Notes under the pieces: generated by a model | The model's input: the letters and a program-made list of their open reading frames with translations, nothing else | Told to the model about the DNA's origin: nothing | Databases searched by the model: none | Assembly (NCBI GenBank): GCA_977017575.1 | Contig: CDRNVI010000060.1 | Location: 1-64,000, forward strand | Reading direction: 5' to 3' | From: Paramoeba atlantica | Lineage: Eukaryota > Protista > Discosea | Length of the DNA: 64,000 bases | Position numbers and translations under genes: made by a program | Part shown: one piece after another, positions 22,223 through 35,639 of the stretch | Layout of the letters: each line of letters starts with the position of its first letter | Position numbering within the stretch: the first letter of the stretch is position 1

Positions 22223-24605
22223 GAAAGTATGAGTGCTATTATCAATTTACCACGCTATAGGAGATTGTATATGAAGTACCAGAGTAAAGTGTGTAAGCAG
22301 ACAAATACCTTTTATTAAAAAAGATAAAAGGGGGCCCCGGTGGTCAAAAAACTGAAAAAAGAATTCAAAAAAAGGGGCTGTTCATGGTGGGATCCAGGGG
22401 GGGGGTCCAGGGGGGGGTCCAGGGGGGGGTCCAGGGGGGGGTCCAGGGGGGGCATACGTCGTTTTCTGAAATTTTCAAAAATTTGATTTCCGAAATCGAG
22501 CGCGGGGAAGTGGTAGAGCATGCCGCGGCGATGATTTTTCACCCCCATATTTGGGGTGACCCCCTGGTATGCGCAGGAGGGGGCAAAATCGGGCAGTTTC
22601 ACCCAGAAAAATACTTTATTCATGATCTTTTGGGAATTTTTCATTTTTAGTCGCTTCGTTAAGTGCGGAGGTAGTTTTCAACGCGAAGCGCGCAGTATAA
22701 GTGACTTCTAAGGTGAAAGCAACCACCGCTTTTAACGAAGCGACTAAAAAAGAAAAATATAAACTACAGTGGAGATATATTTACGGAAATATTTATTTGC
22801 GGATAAAGGATAAGAAGTTGGCGATTTTATCCTTACATAGATCATCCGTAAATAAATCCGCTTGTAGATAAGTTTTTTTCATCTTGCCTACATGTAACTT
22901 AATCTGATTGTCAAGTTTTGTAGGAACCCCAAACTCGAAGATATTGTTTTCGGGATTGTACGGGAGAATACACCAATGTAGTTGCGATGGAGAAAACTAC
23001 GCGCGGTCTGCAACACTTTCTATTTCCTCGGAAGAAAAATGAATTTGTTTTGGAATCTAAGTTCATATGCTCTGCCGCCGCCGCAGCTACTTGTTTTTGA
23101 ATACCAGGGGAATATAAACGTTTATATAAAAAGTGAAAAAACGTTTTTATCCTTAAATAGATTATCCGCAAATAAATGAGGGGCTGCGGGTGGTGTTTTG
23201 GTACGGTTTCGGTATGGTTAAGAGTACCTGACAAGGTGAAGGATGAGAAGCTTAGAAGCGGTGGGGAGGACAACAGCGGATGTAGAACATGGATCCAAAG
23301 TTTCATGCATATTTAGACTGTTTTTTTCTGCAAAAATGTTGCTACTGAGCACAAAAAAATGATACTGTTACAAAGAATACTGTCACAAAGAATACTGTTA
23401 CAAAGCAATCTTTTACGAAATTGTTGTTGTATGGGTTGTTTTAACGAGATAATCTACTTTGCGTTTTTGAGTGGCGGTTTTGGAGTATATCCTACATGAT
23501 CTATGTGCTCTGTAAGCCATTCTCGACGAGAATAATTTGGATCAACAGCCCCACAACCTTTGGAACAACAAAATGAAGACTCATCTATCTCCTTTAAATC
23601 AGAATTTATTACTCCATCGAAGTCATGGCTCTGTGGCTCTGCAGCTAGCAACCCGTAAACAGCCACGGATACAATCTTGAGAGCAGACTTTAGCCATGCA
23701 CGGTCGTGATCTGTTTCATGGAAAAAACGGAATTTGTCAAAGTGTGCAAAGCAGCGTTCGATTATTGAACGTATCCAATAATGAACAAGAATATTATCCG
23801 TAACGTAGACTGCCGTAAATACATCCCCACCTGTAAAAAATTTTGTAGATTATAATTATTGAGGGAGATACTACTCCCTCGCTACCGTATATTAATTGTT
23901 TGTCAGAAATTTCACCGTTTTTTTGCCCGAATTTTGCCCTCACGTGGCCCGGGATCGGCCAACTTTAACAACTTTACCCTTTCCAGGGAGGGTGGGGTCC
24001 CTCCTCACACCTTACCATAAAATTACTTTTAACCCACCCTCGCTCCCATATATTTATTGGTCGCCAAAGATTTTGTTTACTTTTTCCCGAAATTTGGCCC
24101 GGACCTGGCCCGGACCTAGTCCCTTTTTTTTGCCGAAAAACAAATATACTTGTTTTCAAAATCGAGTTAGGGGAAGTGGTAGCACAGGACTCGGAGATGA
24201 TAATATAACTCTGCTCTGTACTCTCAGGTGGTGTCCGACAAAATTTCAAACAATTTTGCCGGGGGGGGCAAAAATATTTTTTTGACCGAAATGAAAGTAA
24301 AAAAAAATATTTTTTCAAAATACAGTAAGCAAAAAAACCGTTCGAATGTTTCGTTTTTTTTTCTTTTGTATAGAGCTATTGATTAAATATCACCGTTGCG
24401 CTGGTAATGTGTGCTAGTAGTGTAGGCATGAGTGTCACCTAATAGTACCCATAGATAGTTCACCTCAGTTCGTTCTACCAAAGAAATAGAATGAATATAA
24501 AAAAGTTTAGCATTCGAAAGGTTTTTTTGCTACCTATTATAGAGAAAATCTTGTCCCAAAAAATAGATGAAACGTAATCGCCCAAGAGAGATTATGCCCC
24601 TAAAA

Positions 24606-25616
24606 TTAGTATTTAGTATTCCCCCCACGAGCCTTCAGCACTGCCTTCGTACGGGCAGGCATACTGTCCAGCTGGGCACGACATACTGAGGGTGGTATGT
24701 TCGCCCATTCCATTTTTACCCTCTCCCACAACTCTCGGACCCCGCTTGGTGGATCATCGTGCGCTGCAAGGCGCCGCTTGAGTTCCCCCCAAACGTTTTC
24801 GATTGGATTTAAGTCAGGGGACTGCGGGGGCCACCGCATGACTTCAAACCCGGTACCCCGGAGGTGCCGTTGCGCACAATGGCTTGTGTGCTTGGGGTCA
24901 TTATCTTGTTGGAAGATGACCATTGGGGGGTCTAGACCCATAGTTTCGATGGAGGGGGCAAGATTCTCTTCAAGAATCTCGACGTACTGTGTGGCGTTCA
25001 GGTTCCCTTGAACTAGACGCACATGCCCCACACCGCTTCGGGACATGCACGCCCAAATCATGATGTGCCCCCCTCCGTACTTTACCGTGGGAATTACCCC
25101 TTTTTCACCCAGTTCCTCCCCCGGGGTCCCCCATGTCCAAAGACGTCCCCCCGTTTCAAAGCGCGAGATCTTCGTCTCGTCCGACCATACAACTGGAGCC
25201 CAGTCGTGCACTGTCCAGTGCTCATGGGCCGTGGCAAAGTCCATCCGAAGCTTGCGATGGCGCTTGGACAGGTAGGGCTTGCGGACACGCTTTCTACCTT
25301 TGTGTCCGAAGCGGTGCATCGAAACTCGGATAGACTGAGGAACAACATCAGCAACGCCCTCGCGGCGCAGCTGAGATGATACCTCTCGCGCAGAATTTCC
25401 GGAGAACACAAGTCGTCGCACACGGCGTGTGCACGGCTCGGAAAGCTTTCGAGGGTGTCCACCCTGCATCCTGAGAGTATCAGGCCTTTCTTTTTTTAAT
25501 ATCATAGAAATTGTTGAGATACTTAAATTTACAGTATCAGAGATGGACCTCATAGACACACCGCTGTCGTAGAGCTCTGCAATTTGTTTCTTTACGTAAC
25601 GTGGTGTGGGCCTCAT
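24606..25616 (-). CDS. intact Tc1 transposase, DD34E, 336 aa
   Basis: HTH N-terminus, VWSDETK and FQQDNDPKH...WPPQSPDLNPIENVW. No TIR pair was found. Confidence 0.95.
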   Translation of the reverse strand: MRPTPRYVKKQIAELYDSGVSMRSISDTVNLSISTISMILKKERPDTLRMQGGHPRKLSEPCTRRVRRLVFSGNSAREVSSQLRREGVADVVPQSIRVSMHRFGHKGRKRVRKPYLSKRHRKLRMDFATAHEHWTVHDWAPVVWSDETKISRFETGGRLWTWGTPGEELGEKGVIPTVKYGGGHIMIWACMSRSGVGHVRLVQGNLNATQYVEILEENLAPSIETMGLDPPMVIFQQDNDPKHTSHCAQRHLRGTGFEVMRWPPQSPDLNPIENVWGELKRRLAAHDDPPSGVRELWERVKMEWANIPPSVCRAQLDSMPARTKAVLKARGGNTKY

Positions 25617-25713
25617 AGAAAATAAGAATTTTAGGTAAGAAGAATTTTAGGTTATAGAGTTTATCTTACACTATTACATTGTTTATCTTATACTGTTACA
25701 TTTTGCACTCTAT

Positions 25714-25757
25714 ATGAGGCCCACACCACGTTACGTAAAGAAACAAATTGCAGAGCT
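25714..25757 (+). repeat. perfect 44-bp inverted copy of the start of the transposase CDS (25573-25616)
   Basis: atgaggcccacaccacgttacgtaaagaaacaaattgcagagct occurs on both strands, separated by a 97-nt spacer. Confidence 0.95.
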
Positions 25758-26409
25758 TTTGCTGACTGTAGATTGCCAAACCGTATTCTGAGAGCTTGGA
25801 AGCCCAGATACCATTATATGACGTTTTTTCGATGAGATACCTAAACAACCCCTACTGGTAAAGAATTCAAAATCCTAGGTCAAAACGCACGGAAACCTGA
25901 TATTCTTGGGTGAAAATTGGTGTTGGCCCCGGGGAGAAGAATTATTTTTTTGAGAGTTTGGGACCTGTTATACTTGTATACGCTTTGGTTTCATTCGATA
26001 CGTCGGTGAAAGTGAAGTATTATTGCGCCAATTTTTTTTTTTTTTGCATTTTTCAAATATTGGTCTAAAACAAATATGTTTTCTTTTGGAGTGTGTCAGA
26101 TTATCAAAAACACAACCTTTTTTCACGGTTGATCACTACGAACTGCGCACAACAGCACAATTAATTAAGTTGTCTGCTGGAAGGCGAACCGTAGCGAGCA
26201 TTGATTGCTGGCGAGCGACTCGCTCGTTGGGATCTTTAATTAATGTTCAGACTCAGCTTTTTAGAAGCGAAATCAAAAAAATAAGTAGTAGCGGTCCATA
26301 AACCTAAAAAAATATCTTCGTTTATTTTTTTCAAAAAAGGAGCAATAGTGCTTCACTTTGACCGATACGTCTGCACCCTGTGCTGGTAATACACTTACAA
26401 AGACCAACA

Positions 26410-26757
26410 TTCAACTTGAAGTGTGTGACACGCGAGGCTGAACAGGAAGGAGGAGGCGCAAGGCAAAAGGCAGAAGGCGGAGCCTTTTGTCTTTTTGCCG
26501 CGGCGACGACGACTTCCTCGCGTGGGAAGCTGTAATGAGTTCTGGGGAGCATGTTTTCATGGCTATGTAACCCAGGCAAAAGTGGACGAGGGAGATACCA
26601 AAGGTACTTTTGGAAAACGACCACAAAACTGGAACTGTATCTCCCGGTTTGTAAAGCATTCTGATGTGACAAAGGAATTTCTAACAGGAGATAGTGTTCC
26701 AGTTTTGTGGTCGTTTTCCAAAGGTGCCTTTGGTATCTCCCTCGTCGACTTTAGCCT
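26410..26757. repeat. tail plus long hairpin, copy B (homolog of 7138-7480, opposite orientation)
   Basis: Arms 26585-26645 and 26687-26746. The gacgagggagatacc boundaries are shared with copy A but the inner stem is different. Confidence 0.85.
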
Positions 26758-26768
26758 GATAATTACTA

Positions 26769-27591
26769 CTCCCCCTTTCATAATTCTTTATAAATATAAA
26801 CTATAAGTGTTTCGGCGATTTATATTTATATTATATAAAGCTTTATAAGTGTTTGGTACCGAGATGGAATTACTTATAAAAATATTTATATAAATTATGA
26901 TCATTAGTTCTACTAGTTCTTATGCGCTTTCATAGGGTGTTTGTATGAATAGGTGACCGAATTTGATACTCCCCCTGTCATTAATAATGATAATGATAAT
27001 CCACAAAAATGATAATTTTTTTGAGATTAATATTATCATTATCATTATTAATGGCAGGGGGAGTACATAGTACATGTAATTTTCGCCAAAAAAACATGAT
27101 TTTCAGGCCAAAAATGCGAAATTTTAACCCGAATTTGGGCCGTTTTTGAAACCTTACCAGTAGTTTTTTAGTTCAAAAAACCTTTTTTTTAAGAAAATCC
27201 TGCGTGCATGAAAATAAGTTGATAATTCTTTAAGAGTCTTCACCACATAGAATGATAATGTTTTTAAGATTATCATTATTAATGACAGGGGGAGTATGTA
27301 AAGTCACACGCATTTGACCACATTGATGAATTTTAATAAAAAAAGAGGACCGATACAAAGAACCGAAAAAGAAGTTTCTAAAACTATTAGACTGCTTAAT
27401 GTCTAAAAAAATTCAAAATATGCATTTGATACGCGAATCAGAATGAGAAATCCGCGGCGCTGCGCGCCGCGAGCTCCGTTTTTTACCCTGATCTTTTAGC
27501 GTTTTTCAGGCGTTTCAAAGTTTTATATAAATTTATATAAAACCAAGAATCATTTTGGGCTCGAACTTATAAAGAATTATGAAAGGGGGAG
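26769..27591. mobile_element. TA-MITE with a nested TA-MITE (26969-27294)
   Basis: Outer TIR ctccccctttcataattctttataa and inner TIR ctccccctgtcattaataatgataat, each flanked by TA. Confidence 0.85.
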
Positions 27592-27883
27592 TAATGAGAG
27601 GGGGGGGTATTGTCCCTAATAATTGTCAATTGGCATTCCACCATCTGCTTGTCGCCCTGTGCATTAGCTACGTGAATAAAGAATTATTCGCAAAACCTGC
27701 CCCAAGTAAGCTTTTAGAAGAATATCTTACAAGAATATCTTGTATTGTATAGAGGACAGACGAATTAAAATCATGAACGAAATTTCTGCCTTCTGAAGTA
27801 CACGAAGAAAAAAAAGTTTTTTGAAAGTTTTCCGAAAAAATCAAGCACTTTCATAAAGCAACTTCAAAAGTTACTGTGTACGT

Positions 27884-27977
27884 CTCGTTGACGGGTCAAC
27901 CAATTGGCTACCACTTCGTTGCCAGTAAATCCGACTGTCAACGAAGCGGTTGCCATTTGGTTGACCCGTCAACGAAG
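27884..27977. repeat. ~90-bp hairpin, MITE-like
   Basis: cgttgacgggtcaaccaa...ttggttgacccgtcaacg, with arms of about 38 bp. Confidence 0.7.
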
Positions 27978-28780
27978 TAGAGACATAGCCAAGTTACTGT
28001 ACCACCCCTAGGTATCTGTCGCTTTTCGGCCCTTCGAATAATTTTTTTCGTCCACCACCCACCCTAGTTATCTGTCACTTTTTAAAAAGAAAGTTCAAAA
28101 ATTTAAAAAGTTATAAGCGAAAGTTATATTTTTTTTTCTGTTCTGTTTTTGGGCGAATGGCTTTGCGTGGTGTTGTACGGACCAAATTGGAAAGCAGGAG
28201 TTGGAAATTGTTAGCTTCATCGTCTCCATCATCGTCCCATTCATGATTCCCTTCATCATCCCCTTCACTTCGCCGTCCCCTTTATCTACCCTTTCTCAGC
28301 CACCTATCGGCCCGCTTTCGTCTTGGATTAAAGCAAGGCCGCCTGCTCCACGAGTGAGCCCTCTTATTACTCCACTGCACGAGAAACCCTCCGATATCCT
28401 CATTGTGTTAGTTAAAACTTCTACTGTAATGAACTAACTGCACACCAAAAATTGAATTAACCCTGTTCCGGGTTAATGTGCCTATAGTTAGTTATTATGC
28501 CGGGGGGGCACAATCAGTGGAAAAGGCCGCTATTATTGTGCCCCCCAACAGAAAACAGGTCTCGAAACATTTTTCGCCACTGTTGCAGACCAGGCACGGA
28601 CGATGTAGCCGTAGCCAAAGCACTATGTAAACCAAAAAAAATCGTCTCATTGACTTAGCTTTCACATTTCAGAGGTATTTTCGTTCAAGATAGTTAACCT
28701 GTAGATGCATGTCTTCAGCTTATAGTACATTGTAATATGATTGTACCCCATGGGGGTGGAAAGGAATCTTCCTAGGCAAT

Positions 28781-28800
28781 AAAGATACCGTTTCTGTACC
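28781..28800 (+). ncRNA. spliced-leader-like fragment
   Basis: aaagataccgtttctgtacc is 19/20 identical to the copy at 59367. Confidence 0.4.
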
Positions 28801-29330
28801 ATTTCGTTCCCTCGTTTTTTTGGGGACTGACACGGCGTCCGGGACACCACTAGTTATCGATCGCACTTTGACTCCCCTAGTTATCTGTCACCTTTTCTCG
28901 AAAAGTAGCGACAGATAATTAGGGGGGTACAGTACTTTAAAGTTTAAAGTACTTCCTTGAAAGTTTTAAAGTTTACACGAACCCTGAAATCTTTCAAAGC
29001 ACAGACTTACTGCACGTACTTACTGCATCGTAGGAAGGAAGTTCATTAAAATCGAAGTTTATCGATGGTTAACAATAAACGAATCCGGCGAACTTCAGCC
29101 GATTATCTCGCGCTGCTTGCCCACTACGAAAAAGTACAGCTGTATGCAAAACAATGTCAGAAAAGCACTTTCAATGCACGTAAAATATGACAAGGCACCA
29201 TTTAAAACACATATAAAAATTTATTATTCGTTTTCGTTTATGTGAAATAAATATTTTGACCGCCCCCCCCTCCGTTTATGATAAAATGTTTTCTCATTGT
29301 TCTGAGAACAAAGAACAGTACTGAAAACAA

Positions 29331-30011
29331 TCAACGGAACGAGTCACCATTGCACACCACAATCAAAGTTCTCCGAAAATCGTAAGCTTCCAATGTTGAA
29401 GGTAAAGCTTTGATATCTACAACACCATGAAGATCTTGGTTTCCGCACAAGTAAAGCTGTTGCAATGAACTAGGAAGGTTTTCAAAAGCGAGTTCGCCGC
29501 TGAATCTATTTTCACTAAGGAAAATGCAAACGATATCGCGCGGAAGGCATTCCAATTGTAGAGTACCAGAAAACTGATTATTCACCAAATTTAATGAGAC
29601 CATTTGCACCGGTAAATTGTCCCATTTTACCTCTCCTGAAATTCCGTTGGACACCAGACGTAACGTAAGGATGGTTTGTGGCAAGCACTTCCATTGGAGA
29701 GTTCCCACAAGACGCAATTTGTCTCCTTTGTACGTTAACCGAACGATTTCCTCACGTCCATTGCATGTGATGCCATCCCATGTACACACAGACACCTCTT
29801 TAATTGTCACAAGCATTTTCCTTTGCGTGGTACGCCACGATGGATGCTTCACACTCAGATTGGCAATGAACTGCTCCATCATTTCCGACTGCGGTAGTAA
29901 CATAGATGCCACTTTACCACGACGTAAATTGGAACTGTGATCTACACCCGAGAAGCAGATCATGGGGGTTGAAGACGTGCTGTAAAGTAGTAAAAAAAGT
30001 GGACACAACAA
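29331..30011 (-). CDS. LRR protein with N-cap, 226 aa
   Basis: VCTWDGITC cap and 23-aa LRRs. Confidence 0.9.
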   Translation of the reverse strand: MLCPLFLLLYSTSSTPMICFSGVDHSSNLRRGKVASMLLPQSEMMEQFIANLSVKHPSWRTTQRKMLVTIKEVSVCTWDGITCNGREEIVRLTYKGDKLRLVGTLQWKCLPQTILTLRLVSNGISGEVKWDNLPVQMVSLNLVNNQFSGTLQLECLPRDIVCIFLSENRFSGELAFENLPSSLQQLYLCGNQDLHGVVDIKALPSTLEAYDFRRTLIVVCNGDSFR

Positions 30012-30371
30012 CTACTACAAGGGAATGAACTGAAGCTGAAAGAAAGTGAGTACGGCAAGTGTGGTATTAGAGTACCGTACTCACTTACTCGTACAATGCA
30101 CACTCACACTATGTAAACTCTGTACCACGCCACGGATAATTCAATGCCGAGATTATTGAACGCCGAGTCTATTCAATGAGATCTGCGAAATAGAATAAGA
30201 ATTAGATCACATGGATTTTTGGTACGAATTTTAGATCAGGTGCGTTGCCGTGCCGTGGTGTTTAAAGAATAGAACTCAACACAATTTCGGAGTGCTAATA
30301 CAACGTCCAAGAAACAAGATACAAACTCACTGAAAAAAGGTTCGTATGGGGATTACGTTCTCCACACTCCT

Positions 30372-31166
30372 CTATTCTTCTGTCCCATCCGTTATTTTTG
30401 TATCATCCACATGAAGCCCCGTAGTAAGCGATGGCGGCAGAAGCTCCTCCTTCACAATCCCCCACAGCTCCACATTCCCATCCAAATACAAATGTTCCAA
30501 CTGAGGTGGCAGACGATCCTCCAAACACAACGCCAACAACGACGTCGGGAGGTTCCTTAAATCCACTCCCCCCTCCAACCGGTTACTCCCCAGGATCAAA
30601 TACTCCATCCCCTGGGGAAGTCCCCCCAACACCACCTCCCCCTCCAATTGGTTCTGTTCCAACGACAGGTGGGTTAACCCCGGGGCGGGAAGCCCCGTGA
30701 GCCCCACGCCCCCCTGCAACCGATTCCCCCCTAAATTCACCACACGCGCGGCGGGGGGGAGATGCAACAGCTCCACCCCCCCGCCCAACGCGTTGTGCTG
30801 CAGCCGGAGAACCTCCAGCCCCCGGGGGAACACCTCTAAGGGAATCCCCCCACTGAGTTGGTGGTCCCAGGCGTTGAGTTTCACCAAGGAGGGGGGGAGA
30901 GAGGTGAAATCCAGGCCCCCGGGCCCCAGGGGGCCGTAGTCTTGGAGTTCACTGCTACTGCGCTGCCACAGCAGCTGGGTGACGCTGTGTTGGTGCGTGT
31001 CACACCGGACCCCGGCCCAGGCACAGGCGGGGGTGTGGGTGTGCCACGTGGGGGGGAGGGCGTGTGGGGATGAGGCGTGGAGGGGGGCGATGAGACGGGC
31101 CAGGAGGTATTCCTGGGGGAGGGTGGTGGTGTGGAGTTTGTGGGGGAGGGTGGGGGTGGGGTTCAT
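30372..31166 (-). CDS. LRR protein with N-cap, GC-rich, 264 aa
   Basis: LPQEYLLARLI, ACAWAGVRC and LRRs. Confidence 0.85.
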   Translation of the reverse strand: MNPTPTLPHKLHTTTLPQEYLLARLIAPLHASSPHALPPTWHTHTPACAWAGVRCDTHQHSVTQLLWQRSSSELQDYGPLGPGGLDFTSLPPSLVKLNAWDHQLSGGIPLEVFPRGLEVLRLQHNALGGGVELLHLPPAARVVNLGGNRLQGGVGLTGLPAPGLTHLSLEQNQLEGEVVLGGLPQGMEYLILGSNRLEGGVDLRNLPTSLLALCLEDRLPPQLEHLYLDGNVELWGIVKEELLPPSLTTGLHVDDTKITDGTEE

Positions 31167-33036
31167 GTAGAGGAGGGTGGGTGGGAGAGGGAGAGGGAAA
31201 GAGGGATAAGATGAAAAACTCTCTATTGTGTCAGATTGAACCTTAATTTTTCACGCTCAGGGCATCGTTCATAACATCTTAATTGCGGTGGTTGTATAAC
31301 TACTGCTCTACCCTCGATTATTGAAAAAAAAGTGAACAATTTTTTTTGTCATCCCCCGAACCCATTAGCGCACGCCCCTACGTTACCATTTTTGTACCGC
31401 GGCATTCCGGGAATCCGGGCGTTCCCCTTTTTGATGGCTACCCCGATTGCCAAAAAGCCAACAAAAACAGTTCAAATATAAAGAGGAACACAATAATATA
31501 ATAAACGGCGTTACAGGATAACATGCCGGGGGGGCATTTTATGGTGTTACAGGCATGTTAAATTTCTGAACCTCCGTTCGAAAAAATAAGGAAAGCAATC
31601 GACACAAAAATTCTTCATGAAAAAGGTCGGAGAACTCTACTATCAGGAGCTCAACATCTTCATCAGCAGCTTCGTCTTCCTCATCATCATCCTCTTCTTC
31701 TTCTTCCTGCTCGTCTTCCTCTTCCTCACCCCCCTCCTCTTCTTCAGAGAACTCTTCTTCACAGGATTCCTCACGAGCATGACCCTGATTCGACAATGAA
31801 AAATGTACACAGTATAAAAAAGGAATTAAGATTAAAGAAACAAGAGGAAAACATAGTGTATAAAAAAAGACTCGGGGGGGGCATATTATAAGACCCTATT
31901 TCACGATAACATGCCGGGGGGCATGTTATCGTGATATAGGCATGTTATCCCGTGCCCTCGTTTAGAAGAAAAGAATATAAAAGGGGGCTCCGGTGGTCCA
32001 AAACTGAAAAGAAAATTGAAAAAAATGGGGGGTCCATGGGGGGGGCATACGTCGCGATTTTTTTGTTCGATTTTTTTGCTTTTCAAAATCGAGCGCAGGG
32101 AAGTAGTAGAGTAGGCTGCGGCGATAATTCCCCCCCCCCCCCCACCCACCTGGGGGTACCCCCCTGGCACGCGCAGGAGGGGTCCAACAAGGTCAAAATT
32201 TCCTAAATTTTTGAGATGACCAAAACAAAAAAAAGTAAAAATATTATTTTTCCAAAATCGACTCCTAAAACGTAATTTGAGAGTTTTGAACCTCCGCCGA
32301 GCAACTTATTTCTTTTATGTGGTGAACCTGATGTCTTATAACTGGGGCAAAGTTCATCCAGCACTACTCCGTGATTCTTTATGGACACAAAATCTTGCGG
32401 AATATCCACATTATGTTTCCATCTGAGGACGCAGCGAAGGTTAAAACAAGTGCACATGTCAGAGAAACCAAGGAAAATAAGTATTGAAAGCTCCATAATC
32501 AACACACTAAAAAATAGAAAAAAATGTTTTTTTTGGGTACATTATAAGCTATCATTGCCCCGAGGGGCATAATTACATTCTTTCGAGCAGACTCATTTTT
32601 GTTTATAAATAAGAAGTATTTATAAATCCTGAGAATAGGGTAGTTTATAATTAGTTGTTAGTGAGGGGGGGGTAACCGTACTATAGATGTATTGAAATCT
32701 TCACCCTCACACTCTGTCGAATATGGCTGTACCGGGATTGTAAACCGGTAACAAGCGTGCTAACGAAGGCTAACTATAATGTATGTTTTGATCCATGGAC
32801 AAAGTCATTACCTGTTCAATTTCAAATAATAATATCTTGAAGATATTATCTTTGGTTTCTATGTAATACATAGAACGTATACGTCGTATACATTGTATAC
32901 GTTGCAACAAAACTTTTAATTGGCATGACAATCGTCAACTCAGAAACAGAAATATAGAAATCTACCTTTTTGAAACACAACGTGGAATATAAAGTGCCCC
33001 GAGCATTCAGGGAATTACAAATTATTGCTGCTTCCT

Positions 33037-33533
33037 TTATTCAGAAACCACAATGATCTTCGTGTTAACCACAACCTGGTGTTCGAAAACATCTCTCGTT
33101 CTTAGATTAGGAGGAAGTTTACTCACTGTTAAAGTACCTTCTAAGAGTCTGTTATTTTCCAGGTTAAAATTGGAAAGATTTTCAGGAAGAAACGATAAAT
33201 CGACATTTCCAACAAATTCATTATCATTCATGTATAAACTGAAATATTCATGTATAAACTGTATAGGGTCTCCGGAAGAAATCTCAGATCAATTGCCCCA
33301 GTCAGCGAATTGTTACTGAGGTCAAGTCTTTGCAATTCAGGAGGCAGCTGAGTAAGGCATATGTCACCTGATAGTTCGTTGTGTTCCATCCATGCGGAAA
33401 TCATACCTTTTGGTAAAACTGTAAGGTCTGGATTTCCCGTAAATTTGTTTAGACTTATGATCAATTCAGTAAGGTGTACGAGAAGGGAGAGATCACTAAG
33501 GTCGAATTGACCCAGAAATTGAGTTGTCTTCAA
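33037..33533 (-). pseudogene. LRR gene fragment, 5'-truncated and frameshifted
   Basis: LRRs in two frames (33228..33533 and 33037..33231). No N-cap. Confidence 0.8.
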
Positions 33534-33669
33534 TATCTAACTCCGTAATGGAACTCGGGATGTGGGAGAACTTGAACGATCCTATGAGCCTTCGATTGTC
33601 CCACCGTATTTCTGTCACTTTTTCATCAGTAATACACGTAGTACCGTCCCATTTGCACGCGGGCATATA

Positions 33670-35635
33670 CAGGGGGGGCCACGAAAACTGACAAGGTCCG
33701 CATTTTAGCGTCCTGAGGCCGTTTGAGCTGATTTTTGTTGCAAACGAGAGATCTGGTTCTGAATATCGTGTCTACGCTATTTGGAGCCCGTTTCTGCGAA
33801 TCAATAAAAAAATATATTTACAAAATATTGAAATTTTGGGCAAAATATTTTGCAAAAAGTATCGAAAAACGTAAAAAAGGCTATTTTTTCTTCTTTTTAC
33901 CTTACTATGGGCAAACGGAATAGACTAAACCGTCGCCAGCTATCACCAGAACAGTGTTCATATCCTGTGCGCATTGTCTGCGCACACGAAAGACACCGTG
34001 GGACATCTATTCCGGATACGGCACGTATGATGAACTGTTCAGAGAGCTCTGTCTCTCGGTACAAAGCGCGTTTCGATGAGTCAGGTGACGTGGCACGTGC
34101 ACCCTACTCGCGCGATAACGGCGTTGATACGGAGGAGATCCGAGCCATGCTGCCCTCTGTGCTATTGTTGAGACACAATTCGGGTGTCCGGGGTTTAAAT
34201 GGGTACATAAGAGAGTGGATAAAGTATCCATGTAGTCTAAACACCGTGAAACAGAGTTTGAAAAAGATGGGATACGTCATTAAGACGATGTCGCACAAGC
34301 CTTTTTTAACAGCTGAGCACAAGGCTGCTAGACTACAACTTGCTGATTACTTTGAGGGATTCAGCCCAGATCAGCTGTCTCGTATTGTGTGGTGCGACGA
34401 AAAAATCTTTCGATGCGGATCACACTAAAAGTTTACGGATTGAAATTCAGGAGGGATTATATTTTAATAGGGTTTGTTAATAATTATGTACGTGTATGAA
34501 CTGTATGCATTTTCGCGTGAAATTGATTTTATTCGTATGTGACTGTATTAGTGACTATTCTATTTGGGTAAAGCTTCACTCGTTTTCGGTTGGTTGGCTG
34601 CGAGCTGAGGGGATGGGTCTTCCCGTTCACAAGTTACTTTGATTATGGAATTCCGGAACATTGTTTCAAACTGTGCTGATGTGATGAGACTTGTACTCTT
34701 TGAGAAACTGATCTACATGTATGACGATTTCAATGAATTTTCGTTATGTTCTATTTCCAGTTATATTTCTTCTTAATATATCTTTTCATATTCTTTGTTA
34801 ATGTACGTGAAAGCACGAACTGGATTTCGGTAAAAAAAATACGTACCTTGCAAAAATGACTGACCCCCCCAAGGAAACACCAGTACAATTAGATAGGTGG
34901 TACGGCGGGAAAGGAGTTCATGTATTCATGGCCACCAGTCTCCGTTGGGAAGTGCCTGATGCGTGTTTCCATGAGTTCGCACAAAATGAAACTGTTACAA
35001 ATGAGGTCTTTTTGAATGCAATGAAAAAACGAAATGGGTTTTTCAACTGGATGCATCGCCGCCCCGGGGCTACAATTGTCCTTGAAAACGCGCCAGGGCA
35101 TGGGGAAGCCAGGAGAATAGGTAAGTTGGAAGATATCAAAATTATTGATTGGCCTTCGAAATCTCCTGATCTCAATTTGATTGAGAATTTGTGGAGCACG
35201 ATGGATAAGTACATCCTCAGCCATCTCCGTCCACAGAATCTAAAAGAATTACAAGCGGCTATTCCAAAGGCCAAGGAATATTTGTTGAACGAATGTCACG
35301 AGGCGTATGTGAATACGCTAAAGAGTCTTCCCATGCGCCTCGCTATACTACGTGAGCGTGGAGGTGGGAATACTGGCTATTAAGACCTACTTTCTGGGTA
35401 CTTTTTGGGCCGTGGTACGTAAAAATTACTAATTTTAGACCCGTTTTTCAATTTGCAAAATCTTTAAAATTTCACTTTTGTAACTCATTGGAAATGTTTT
35501 CCGGCGAACGTTTTTGTATTTTAAATAGCGTAGACACGATATTCAGAACGAGATCTCTCGTTTGCAACAAAAATCAGCTCAAACTGCCTCAGGACGCTAA
35601 AATGCGGACCTTGTCAGTTTTCGTGACCCCCCCTG
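33670..35635 (+). mobile_element. Tc1/IS630 element A with ~110-bp TIRs; transposase 33907-35383 split by a ~400-bp insertion
   Basis: TA-cagggggg.cacgaaaactgacaagg..., mirrored at the right end. Motifs VWCDEKIF and LENAPGH...SPDLNLIE (32-residue spacing, second D replaced by E). Confidence 0.9.
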
Positions 35636-35639
35636 TATA

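Noticed and set aside
34426-34830. Spliceosomal intron in the transposase of element A
   Set aside because: There is no AG at the 3' junction, and removal does not cleanly restore the frame. It is better read as an insertion.
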